DNA of 63,921 nt, the filler included, from Rhabdomonas costata (taxonomy: Eukaryota): the NCBI GenBank assembly GCA_019059605.1. It is 22 parts of 22 records of this genome, joined end to end, with 100 filler letters (N's around TTAATTAATTAA, not from the genome) between each part and the next. Parts side by side here need not be neighbours in the genome. Positions count along the whole stretch, not along the records: positions 34,980 to 37,790 come from JAHMHO010002005.1; positions 37,891 to 40,701 come from JAHMHO010002006.1; positions 40,802 to 43,610 come from JAHMHO010002007.1; positions 43,711 to 46,487 come from JAHMHO010002008.1; positions 46,588 to 49,394 come from JAHMHO010002009.1; 17 more parts are not named here. One strand, given 5' to 3'. The notes below the pieces were generated by a model, which saw only the letters and a program-made list of their open reading frames with translations, had not been told where the DNA came from and did no database searches. Below are positions 35,828 to 47,029 of this stretch, piece by piece (position 1 is the stretch's first letter; the number at the start of each line of letters is the position of its first letter). Both the position numbers and the translations under genes were made by a program.

Positions 35828-37520
35828 CTGGGGGTCACCCTGGAGGTGTTCCTCAAGGGCGTCCACCAGGAGATCCACTCCGGGGTGACTGCCCAGCAGG
35901 CGGGGCCGGCACAGCCTGCGACGCTCCGCCCGCACCACACTGCGGAGGTAGGCCTCGCTGGGGTGCACCCACAAGCTCTCCCCCGTGGCGAAGCTAAAGA
36001 AGTACAGGCGGCCGTCCGCGGTGCGGCAGGCGGACCAGCCCCACGGCAGGGGCGCGGTAAGGGCCTGCAGAATCACAGGGAGAGGCTGTGGGGTTTTGAC
36101 CCGCGCCGCCAGTGTTGGCTGTCGGGTTAGGCAGAAAACTCTGAGAGTCTTGGAGCATGAGGCCTCAGCCCATGACCTAACGAATACCTGGGAGCATTTG
36201 CTCGAGGCCCGGTCATCTCACCAACCACTGAAACGCAGCCCCAACCAGCACCCCGACACACCTCTTCCCTCACGAGTACTTTGAAATGTGCCTTCTGCTC
36301 GGCGGTCTTCACGATAGAAATGTAGAGATGCACAGGGCCACAAACGAGGGAGGTGTCGATAGCAAGTGCAGCACTCTCAATGGACCCGACAAAGAGGTCA
36401 GCTGGACGCTGTGTGAATCCGGAGGGGGACTTACCACAGCGAAGCAGCGAAGCCAAAACCCCGCCTCGGCTAAAGCAATGCCAAGGCCGATGCGAAAACC
36501 GTTGTGAGTCTCCTTGCGTGAGTGCAGCTGTTCCGAATGCAGCTGGGGGGGGGGTCAAACGGGCTGCCATTTCTGGCATACGGAAGCATGCTTCATCATA
36601 CTGCAGTGCCCTCTTCCTGCCAAGCCACGGTGAAGCAGCGGTGAAGGAAGGCTGGGTGTAAAGCGGCCACCCTCACTTGAACTCGAACAATCAGAGTCGG
36701 ATGCACTTGCCCTTTCCATCCCTTGATCGGCTCTCCATTATATCCAAGTCCACTGCGACTGTCCCCATTTTTTCCATACTACTGCGACTTTTTTTGCTTT
36801 CTTCAGTCCATTCCATGTCCTGTCGGCAATTTTAAGAGATAGAGAGAGAGAGAGAGTACGACCTGCTTGGCGATCCAGAGCAAGGGTCGCTCCGACTCCA
36901 CGTCGATCCCCAGATGCGCCGCGGTCTGCTCCAGCTCCTCTGTGCTGGGCACGTAGTCTCTGTGGTGGGGGTCCCGCAGCGGCCAGCACTCCAGCTGGGA
37001 GCTCTCCTCCTCACTCATCCTCACTCCGACTCCAGGGTTCAGTCGCCGAGGTCCCACCTGCCCTGCAAAAGGGCTGGGAATGACCTGGAAAGGAGAAGCC
37101 CGAATTCCGTTCACAGATAAGCAGACCAGAAGAAAAAGCCTTGCACTTGAGCCATGCCCCCCCTCCTCACTCTGAACATGAAAGCCACCGCTGTGAACAC
37201 TCCGTGCTTACCCAAGCGATGGCATCTCCACACCAAATTCGCGAAAACGAAGGGGCTGAAATGTTATACCTAGCTTAGCTTAAAGCTCACTAATTTGACT
37301 GAACAGCGAAGAGGCAAAGTAAGATGGACTCGAAGGGAGAAACATGGAAACAGGAACGGAAAGACGTTCCTCCAATCCCAAGGAACCGTGGATGCTTGTG
37401 AAGGCTTACCAGGTGGGGTAGGTTGGGGTGGGTGGAGTTCAGTGGGTCCTTACAGCACACCTGGACGTCCCAGGCAATGCTCTCGTCTTCATCACTGTCC
37501 GCGTTCGTTAGCTCAGGAGC
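35828..37520 (-). CDS. CEP164-like WW-domain protein (partial)
   Basis: YVPSTEELEQTAAHLGID..LLWIAKQ (exon ending 36863) joins ALTAPLPWGWSAC...YFFSFATGESLWVHP (36064-35828). A probable upstream exon lies at ~37520-37461. Confidence 0.8.
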
Positions 37521-39035
37521 TGCAGAGTCAGAGGGGAAGAACATTCAGCCAAAGAAGCGGAAGCACAAGCATCTCGAAGCCCTTCAGACCAGGTCTCCAT
37601 GTCTGCACCATTTATGCGAGTGTGCTGGAAAACAAAACTGGAAGAGTCCCCAGGAACTGAGCATCATGGTTAGATTACACCGATGGGACGCCAGTGGCAA
37701 TACGCTGTACGGAACCCCTATCAAAAGTCTAACAACGCAGGGCGGCAGACTGATAAGAGGCGGCGAGAAATCAATTCAAAAAACAAAACANNNNNNNNNN
37801 NNNNNNNNNNNNNNNNNNNNNNNNNNNNNNNNNNTTAATTAATTAANNNNNNNNNNNNNNNNNNNNNNNNNNNNNNNNNNNNNNNNNNNNTTTTGGGAAG
37901 AAGAGTGACATGTGCAGGAAAGTTGGGGCAATGCACACTTTGCGGGGGGGGAGAATGCGGAAAAATGAGAACTTGTAGAGTTCTAACATCCGTCTCGCGC
38001 CTAGCCCTAGGCTAGTTGCTTCGCCTTCCCCCCACCCCTCTCACCTGTTTCAATTTTCTGACGGTCAACACCATTGTTCGAATGTGTGTGGAAAGGGGTG
38101 AAGACTGTGTTGTTGAACTTTGGCTTAAGGGCACTTTATTCCAGGACGCCTGGAGGCCTAGTGCGGTGCGGGGGCATGTCTCAAGACATATTTGGCTGAT
38201 AAAGTACCTGGAATCCGCCTCCCACGAGCGCTGCCTCAGATCCCTTTTTGAGGAGGTAAAGTTAGCAAGAGCTGAAGAAGCAGCCCAGTTGGAGTGTACA
38301 TAAGTTCAGGAAGGAGCAGAGCAAGAAGGCGACCGCGATCTTTGTGGTTCCGCTGGTGTTGGTGTTTCTGACATAGAAGACCGACACGTTCAACTTTTTG
38401 AGGGAAGTGTGATGACTCAGTCAGCAGTTGCCGGTGCGTTTTGGCGAAGGCGTGGTGGTGCAAGTGGAGAAGTAGAACACGTTGATTCTTATGCAAACCT
38501 TTGATCACACTATTTTGATAAACACTAAGCTGGCTCGAGTTGCTCAGGATGTCTTCTTTATTCACTCGCTGAATGCTGGCCCTTTTTTTCTTCAGGTACC
38601 CCTCCCAACCTGTACCCTCTCTGTTGGTGATATCACGTTTGTTTCTAATGATGACATTTGCTCATATTTTGATCGCTTTTCAAAAAATGAAACTTTCGTT
38701 TCACAGGCCACTCAATCAGGGCTTTCTCCAATTTAGGATCTTTTTCTGCTTGCGCCTTTCTTGTTTATATCGTTTATTCTTAGGCTTCTGCTCTTTCTGT
38801 AAACTATGGTTGCATCGCTTTGCTTCCAAACTGTGAAACGTTGCTGTGGTGTCACTGCAGTTGCGTTTAAAACTGCACAGCAAAAGAAACATTGCTCGTA
38901 ATTCCTTACCCTAGTTTTTTTTAAAAACAATTACCGCGCACTCTTCCTATAAGCAAACTCACTCTGCAAAGCGAACAAGCAGGGAACCTCTGCCTCAAAC
39001 ATAAACAGCATGGGGAGCAGGGGTGGGAGTGCCAC

Positions 39036-40134
39036 CTCAATGGAAAACACTCTGCAGTCCTGGCACTGAGGGCCTTTAATGGGGCCGCAGTAGCCGTCCG
39101 ACCCGGGCAGGCGGTCTTTCCCAATGTGCCTGCCACAGTAGAGCAGCCCTGTGGTGCCTTTCTTCAAGACTCTCCCTGCCCGATTCACCAGAGCCTGCAC
39201 CAAAAGTCACAGCCGTACCCACATACCACAGTTTAAGGTGCTTGCAACCCCACAAAAAGGACGCAGCAAAGGCAGGACCTGGACAAGGAATTTAAGGATA
39301 AAGAAAAACCTAACCAACTTTCAGGAGGTGCTCGGTTTTATATAAGGCTGGCTCCACCCAGAAACTGAGTGATTAGTCTGTAACATTCCGAAGAGAAGTC
39401 TTTTTACTCTGTTTTTATGCCGCTGGTCTCAAAAATGTAGTGTACGTGGAGATGAGCGCAGCTCATAGTTGAGGTTTGGCCTGGGAGGCGAAACACGGCA
39501 TAGAAACGAGCTTTGCACGCAAAACACTCCAGTCCTTCAGACTTTTAGGTACACAGTGCAAAGGCGAAGTTTCGGCCTAAAGGACAGTCTTTTTGAAGGT
39601 GACGTAGGCGGGCGTGTTTCGGGTGCAGGGCGTGCACCTTCAACGCCAAACATCAGGCAACACACTGACTGCCCTGATTTAGAACCGCTCAGCCCTAAAC
39701 CCAGTGCTTGAACTGCTCCGACAAAAGTCTCAGTTTACGGTGGAGCCACCTAAATAACCTCATCATGTCTGAGGTCAGTGAGGAAGCCCTCTTAAACATG
39801 ACGGGAAGACTGAAGTTTGCCTCCTGACACCCATCTCAAAGAAGATGAATTTTATGCGCCTGGGAAGGGGACCACGCATCCTTTTACAAAGGCAAAGTCA
39901 TGAGCGAGGAAAGGTCTATAGGACCACCATTACCATCCTCGTTGATGGTAACCAGAACAGGGAAACCGGCACACCTCCATCTGAAATGCTCGGCAGTCCT
40001 CGCAATGAGGGCCGTTGTTCGGGCCGCAGAAACCATCCGACCCAGGCAGGCGGTCTCTCCCAATGTGCTTGCCGCAGTAGAACAGCCCAGTGGTGCCCCT
40101 CCTGACGATGTTGCCGGCGCGGTTCACGCTCTCC
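39036..40134 (-). CDS. Protein with two exon-encoded Cys-rich repeats (YCG-x9-SDG-x-CGP-xx-GP-x-CxxC)
   Basis: Exons 40134-39975 and 39194-39036 encode paralogous ~50-aa units, both with GT-AG boundaries. Confidence 0.8.
39346..39750. mobile_element. PIF/Harbinger (Tourist-like) MITE, 405 bp, intronic
   Basis: taa|GGCTGGCTCCACCCAGAAACTGAG ... CTCAGTTTACGGTGGAGCCACC|taa: terminal inverted repeats, GG...CC termini and a TAA target-site duplication. Confidence 0.8.
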
Positions 40135-40801
40135 CTACGAACGCGCCCAGCGAGACAGGAAGACGTACTTGTAAAAAAAGAAGAGCTGTGTGCGTATTCT
40201 TCTTTGACTTAGGGACAGCTCGGGTATTTGCTTGCGTCTGCGTATGTTTGTGTGAAGAAAAGCCAGGGAGAATGCACACAGAAGTGGATACCTATAGCGT
40301 GGATGAAAGAAAGCTGTCCCGGACTAAGACGCACAGTGGGTGCCTAATTGCCTGTCAGACATAAGTGCCGGCTCCTCCCAAGCGAAAGTCTTCATTTCGT
40401 GACTCATGGCGGTGGGAGGGTGGATCTTCTTTATCCGATGCATATCACCGATATTACCCAAGTTCCCTGCTGTGCTGGGCAGTGCTGCCTCGTTTGAGGG
40501 CTTCCGTCTCAATGGCCATCCGCAAGAACTCCCCGTTCTTCTCAGATGAACCGCTTTCCTCATTTGTTTCCCCTCAAGGCTTCACCGAAAATTCTCAGTA
40601 ATAGCGGTGGAATGGGAGGACGGGGGGGGGGTTGACACACATTTAGAAAAACGCCTGGTAAGCACTTCCTCAGCAAAGCTTCTGCTTGGCTCAAAAAACA
40701 CNNNNNNNNNNNNNNNNNNNNNNNNNNNNNNNNNNNNNNNNNNNNTTAATTAATTAANNNNNNNNNNNNNNNNNNNNNNNNNNNNNNNNNNNNNNNNNNN
40801 N

Positions 40802-43395
40802 GGTGGTGGGCAAACACCCCCGCGGTGTCATTGCCCACCACAAGCCCGCTCAGCTGGTTCCCTGCCAGACTCAGCACAGTGAGGTTGGGCGGAAGCCCGG
40901 ACAGCACCACGGTGCCGCTGAGGAGGTTCCCACTGAGGTTCACCACCACCGCCGCGAAGGGCAGCGCGGTGAGGTTGGGGGTGCCCGTGAAGGTGTTTCC
41001 CGCAAGCGACAGCGTGCGCAGCCCTGCCGGGGCCTGGCTGAGGTCCACGCTGCCCGTGAACCGGCATCCCTGTAACACCAGCTCCTGTGTGATGTAAATT
41101 AAAGGCTCGTTTTGCTTGCTTCGAATGGTTAACAACAGAAACGGTCAGAAGTGCTTAGCATCGCCACTGCACCCACTGAAAACAGTTGCACATCCCCCTT
41201 ACCCCACTTGAGCAGGGCGAAGGAAAAGCCTCGCCCCATCCCATTTTATCACACTTCACTGCTGAGCAGAAGTCAAGTAAAAGTCAAACTCGGGAGCAGG
41301 GGGAACCTGCAGGGAAGCCGGCAGCTGCGCAAGGGGGACGGTCCCGCCAAACAGCTCCGATTGCAAGGTGAGGGATATCAGGGGAATCTTGAGAGGCACG
41401 GTGAGAGCGCTGAAGTTCAGGGGAAAGGCCGAGCGAACCGGAGCAGAGGACCGACAAACGGCAGTCGAGAGGCTGAGCTCACGGGGAACGGTTCCGGCGG
41501 GTCCTGGGCCACAGGTCAGCCCCACCCACGGCTGCAAGCAAGGGTACCTTTCAGTTTCAAAAAAGTCAAACACAAGTCAGATAATAAAAAAAATTGAATC
41601 ACCTTTCGCCGCGCGACGGTCTAAATGCTACCACCCATTACAACAATGACGAACAAACAAACGACCTGGACAAAAGTCAGTCAAACGCCAAACACGCACT
41701 GGGAGCTGTCTGTAGAGTGACAACATTTATGCACGCTGCGCACATTAGAGGTTCCGCGCTTGCGTAGCTCCTCACTTACACATCGTTTGAGAAGGCTTGG
41801 TGGCGAGGCGTTCGGAAGCATAGCGAATCCCTTTCGAAATGAAAATACAAGTGGAAATACTTTCCGCACAATACCCCAGCTGCCATGAAATGTTCACTGG
41901 ATCGCAACCACTGAGCATGGCCGTGAAGGACCGCAGTTGTTGCCCCATGAGTGCTAGTGAGTCACTGCCTGCGACAGACAAAACACGCAATCTTTCGGCT
42001 TCCTGCGGATCAGCGCGAGGACGAATGGCAAGCAGAGAAAGAGAAAGTCAAAAATGAAACAAAGGTGGCAAGCGATGCCATGGATTGCATACTTTGACTA
42101 CTGCTAATGACCTTCACCCACGCCGCAGTAGGAGGCAGGGGAAGAAAATAGGGGTTATCCGATAAGTCCATCTTCATTTCTTGAGCGCCCGAAAGAATGT
42201 GCGCCGAGAGAACAAGCCGGGTAAACAAACAATGAGTGAGGTCCACCAACAGCAGAGAGGCAGGTGCAGCGCTGAGATCAAGGGTGTCATTCCAGCTGTT
42301 GAAAGAGCCAGAAAGCACTCTCAGGGTCAGCGGAAGGGAGCGCAGGTCCAAATTTCCGATGAAGCTATTCATCTGGAGATTAAGCTCCTCAAGCCCAGGT
42401 GGTAGGGCAGTGACGTCCACAGGCCCGAAGAGCTTGTTGTAGCTGAGGTCTAGAAAAGTGAGATTGGAGGGGAGTCGGGTCAAGTCCACTGTGGAGCTGA
42501 GGGAGTTGACACTCAGCGAGAGCCACTGCAGTCCCTGGGGAAGAGCCGACAACTTGAGACCTGACGTGCTCTGCAGGAGATTGCCGCTGAGATCGAGGTG
42601 GACAAGCGATGCAGGGACAGAAGCTAATTGCAGAGATACCTTAATAAGACAGCTGGAGAGCCGCAAAACTCGCATCGAAGAGGGGACCCGGTTGAACTTC
42701 AAGAACGCTTCTGCAAAGGTGTTCCCGCTAAGATCAAGGTAGGTCAAACCAAAAGAGTTGGCCTCCATGCCGAAACCCCAGGTGAAAACGTTCAAGGACA
42801 GGTCTGCAAAGCTCAGCTTTGGGGGAAGCTGGTCAATTGTGAAGCCCCCTTTCAGCGCGTTGTTGCTCAGGTCCAGGGTCCGAAGGCTCTGGGGAAGCTG
42901 GGAGAGGTCCGTAAACCCCATAATGAGATTTGATGACAGCCGCAAGGTGCATAGCGATGTGGGAAGAAGCGTCAAGTTCAGAGACCCATAGAACTTGCAC
43001 TGGCTCATATCTAGAGTCTGCAACTGCGGAGGCAGGACGGTCAGGTCAACCGTGCCGGTAAGCCGAGTTTTTTGGGGAAGGGACAACACTTGCAGCGTTC
43101 CAGGTGCCAGGGACAGGTCCAAGGTCCCATAAAAACCATTGCGGCTGAGGTTCAGCACTTGCAGAGGCAAGGGGCTTAACTCGTGCAGGAGTGCAGACAC
43201 AAACCCATTGCAGCCCATCCCATAGAGGTTCAGCCCGACCACCATCGGGGTGGCGTCGCATAAGACCCCCACCCAGTTCCCATCACACGGCATGGTGTGA
43301 GGAGTGATCCAGGTGGAAAGATCACAGCCATACACTTTCGTGAACAACGTCAGCAGAGCATCCCGAGAGGGATCTGCGCGAGCGGAGCAGCCCAT
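40802..43395 (-). CDS. Large LRR protein with two Cys-capped LRR modules, GP46/PSA-like (3'-partial)
   Basis: Exons 43395-42112, 42002-41875, 41547-41307 and 41084-40802 splice in phase. Repeats of the type L.G.VDLT.LP..L..LDLS.N. Two C-x-x-x-W-VG-x-x-C N-caps. Confidence 0.9.
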
Positions 43396-44011
43396 TTCAC
43401 CCCCTTACTAATAAAAGGCCAAAGCCACCCTGTCGCAGCATAATTTTATGTCGGAATTTCTGATTGCGTTCATCTTTGCAGTACATGAAATACTTCCGTT
43501 TCTGCATTTTATCTATTGCCTTTTCAAGCTTCTTCATTTTGGAGCGTCTTATTATTAGCTGGAATACCGATTTTTATCACGCAAAACACATCGTAAAAGT
43601 ACAACCAAAANNNNNNNNNNNNNNNNNNNNNNNNNNNNNNNNNNNNNNNNNNNNTTAATTAATTAANNNNNNNNNNNNNNNNNNNNNNNNNNNNNNNNNN
43701 NNNNNNNNNNGTGTCACCAGTTCGGAAACCACAAGGTCAGTGCATCTGCAAGTGCGGTTTGACTGTGAAGGAAGAGAGCATAATCTTCCTTCATTGGAGA
43801 TCACAGCTAGCTTACTGCCAAGAACACTTCCGAATCGGACCACGAAAATGCCCGCGCCTTTAAAGATAAAGGCAAGACACGCAGCGCCAATGAGAAGGCG
43901 GCGCAAGCTATGCCCAAACCTGAATTTGGTGGGGGCCGCTGCAGATTCAGTAAGAAGTGAAGAAATTGCCTTCGAAATTTCAAAAACTTATCAAAAATGA
44001 AGGGCGCCCAC

Positions 44012-46003
44012 CTGCAGAAGCGATTTTCGAACACTGGGTTCGTGGCTGGCGAGTTCAGCAGGAAAGCACTGCATGAGCAAACCCAGCAGCTCGTAGGTCG
44101 AAGCCCTGCAATTCAATCCCAACGCACACGCATCCTCCATCCAGAGGAAACAGTCAAAAAAAAATAACAGCACAAAACAACTCAGTCAACTGCGCCAGCA
44201 TATCTATCTACATTGCAATCTGCAATGCTCAGTTCAGTGCAATGAGGTGGAGAATGCTGTGACGGTGTTTCTCGCTTAGGACTGAGTCAACGCCAGAACT
44301 GGTCTATTGCTCAGCAATGACATATTGAGGGGTAGAGACCAACCAGAGGCGCGGCAGCGGCGGGCGGCTGACGTCGATGAAGCGCTCTAACAGTTGGCCC
44401 AAGAGAGAAAATCGGAACCAGTGGTAACCGTAAACCATTATTATCCCCACCTCTCAAGTCCTCCGCAACCGTTAGGGGAGTAAAGCCGCATCAGTTGCAC
44501 TTGCATTCACCGAAGGCATGCGTACCCCCTCCCCACACGGATGGGTCACCTGATGTTCTGCCCCACCGCACTGGGTGCCTTGGCAGCGGTCTTTTGCAGC
44601 AGCTCAAACAACTCTCCAACCTCAAGGGCCTCGAAAGTCAGCTCGGGCGACAGCTTGGCCAGTGCAATCACCCGCACAAGAGGAGGGAAGCAGGCCTGGT
44701 CAAGGATGGGGAGAGACGGGGGAACTGGGATGGATTCAATTCCACAGTGTTTTTGTTCTTCCTCTTTCTTTTTTTTTTACTTGAAAGCATTGCAAATTTC
44801 AAGACTTGCTTTCGATTTCTCACTCCTGTTGGAGCTAAATTTTCAGATGGGGTTAAAGTTTTGATGAGAACTTGAAAACTTGTAAGCCGATTTCAGACCC
44901 GGAAAGCGTTTTTCTGGTATCTGTTTGCTTTGGCTTCCCGTGAAGACTACGAATTGTTGCTGGCACCATGGCGCTCACCGAAGTGGCACGGCCGAAGTGA
45001 TGCCTTTAGGCGTCGAATACTCCTAAAACAATGCAAAAGAAAAAATGAAACATGCGCTGCAAGTGCGTGAAAGTGTGTGTTGGGTCTGGGGGCATACTCT
45101 GCCAAAACGACAAAAGGCAACTATTATCGTTTTTACACAAATGGGACTTGAATGGATGGGTGGAATCACCTGCTTCACGAGCTGCAGCCCATGCCGCTGG
45201 AAGATTATCACGCACCACCGGCGGACGAGCAGGGCGTGAGCGTCGCTTAGCAGCGGCCCGGTACTTTTCAGGAAACCTCCCAGGAAGTCCAGCACAGATT
45301 TCAAGGCAGCCCCGAAGTCCTTATCGGCAACGTTCGCGGGCTTCAGGCAATTTCCGGCAAAGGCGAAAAGCCCCCTGAGCAACCAATGCGCCTGCCCAAT
45401 CCTCACAAAACTCTCCGTCGCCCTCGATTTGTGTGGGGACCTATTGTAGAAATCGGGAGGCTACTGCTCCCTTGATGCTGCGATCCAACACTTTGAGGAG
45501 TCAGCAACGCAATTACCGAGACCTGGAAGGGTTTCCAGGAAGCTCGCTGAGACTCGCAGAGGGCTCGAGGAAGATATGTGTGTCCACTTGGGTCGGGTTG
45601 GGGTTCCGCAGAATGGGTAACAGCGGAGTGCGCAAAAAGTCCGTCCTGAGATCAAGACAAGAGCATTTTTGAAGTCCACGGTGTCTTCAGCTTGGGGGTT
45701 GGGGGGGGGGGGATCCTGGACGGCATAGACCCTCCGAATGACACAACAGAAAACAAAAATACACAAAGCACAGCGGCACAAAGTCATCGTTCCTGTCCAC
45801 TCACATGCACAACACAAAGCCACATACCAGTCGGAATCAAAAAGTATCGCAGACGCGCGTCCAAAATCCTCAGGGTGCACTAAATGGGACGTGCACGCTA
45901 CGTGGATGTCGCTCACAGCGGCCACCAGGTCTGCAAACTTGGCTCGCTCGGTGTCTTCAGATAGGGAAAACAGCTCCCGGACCTGCTGCGCAAGTGCGTC
46001 CAT
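44012..46003 (-). CDS. PRKDC: DNA-dependent protein kinase catalytic subunit, N-terminal exons
   Basis: Exons 46003-45828, 45374-45170, 44695-44550 and 44105-44012 splice in phase. ILFDSDWGLFAF..SVLDFLGGFL..EVGELF..TYELLGLLMQCFPAEL is colinear with the N-terminus of DNA-PKcs as I recall it (LVFSRDFGLLVF..ILKFLCIFL..KIGELF..VYELLGLLGEVHPSEM). Confidence 0.75.
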
Positions 46004-46594
46004 TGGAGGTTGGCAATCAAGAAGAGGGGAGGCAGGGGTGGTGATGCTAGAAGAGCATTCTCAACAGAAAAAAAACGACACAAACGTCATCGCAATGCAC
46101 CTATGGGTCAACAAAGTCAGTTAATGGCATAAGATGCAACTGTGCGCTATACAAAGACTGGTGATAGGCTGTTGGGTTTGGGTTCGGTAGCGGGGCGCAC
46201 TCTTCTCAAAAACGGGGAACGAGAACAGGCGCCACCCTAGCCAGCAACTTGCCCATTACGAAGCCGTGCTTTCCCACGTGTAGAGATTGGACGGGCTCTG
46301 ACAACATTCCGCTCTTATCCTCCTCGCTGCGCTGCCGAGAGAGAACTATGTGCTCTCTAATATACCCTTCTACAAACGCCCCATTGGTTCTGCACTTTGC
46401 ACAGTCGCGATGCAGTATTGACGATTTTGTCTGCTGAGCGCCACATCCATTTCGCAGACTTTGCGGTGAAAAGGACAACAAAAACAANNNNNNNNNNNNN
46501 NNNNNNNNNNNNNNNNNNNNNNNNNNNNNNNTTAATTAATTAANNNNNNNNNNNNNNNNNNNNNNNNNNNNNNNNNNNNNNNNNNNNTGTTGGG

Positions 46595-46985
46595 TGTTGA
46601 GGCATACCGTGCTGGCTTTCTGTATCCCTTCCGCATGGGATGGTCATTCTCGCAGTAACTGAAGCGTACCTCAATCTTGCTCAGCATTTTCGTATATCGT
46701 GGTGGCCCAATCCCCAAGGGAATCCCCCAGGTTTAATTTCATGGTCTGGACCTTCATGTGGCCTCGACATTGCACGCACACACGAACACGCATGCACACA
46801 CACACACGTTCATCGGTACCCCGTTGCAGCACGCTGATGAAGGGCTCGGGGAGGTGAGCATCCTGGGCTATCAATAAGCGAATCCGTCAAATCGTCGACA
46901 GCAAACACCGGGCACGCAGCGCACCAGCGCAAAAGACCATCCCATGCGGAAGGGATACAGAAAGCCAGCACGGTATGCCTCAACA
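46595..46985. mobile_element. Element with perfect 51-bp terminal inverted repeats (MITE or fold-back)
   Basis: TGTTGAGGCATACCGTGCTGGCTTTCTGTATCCCTTCCGCATGGGATGGTC at 46595-46645 has its exact reverse complement at 46935-46985. Confidence 0.7.
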
Positions 46986-47029
46986 TGCACACAAGCACAT
47001 TCCCAGTCATAGATCGTGTGTCATCTCAG

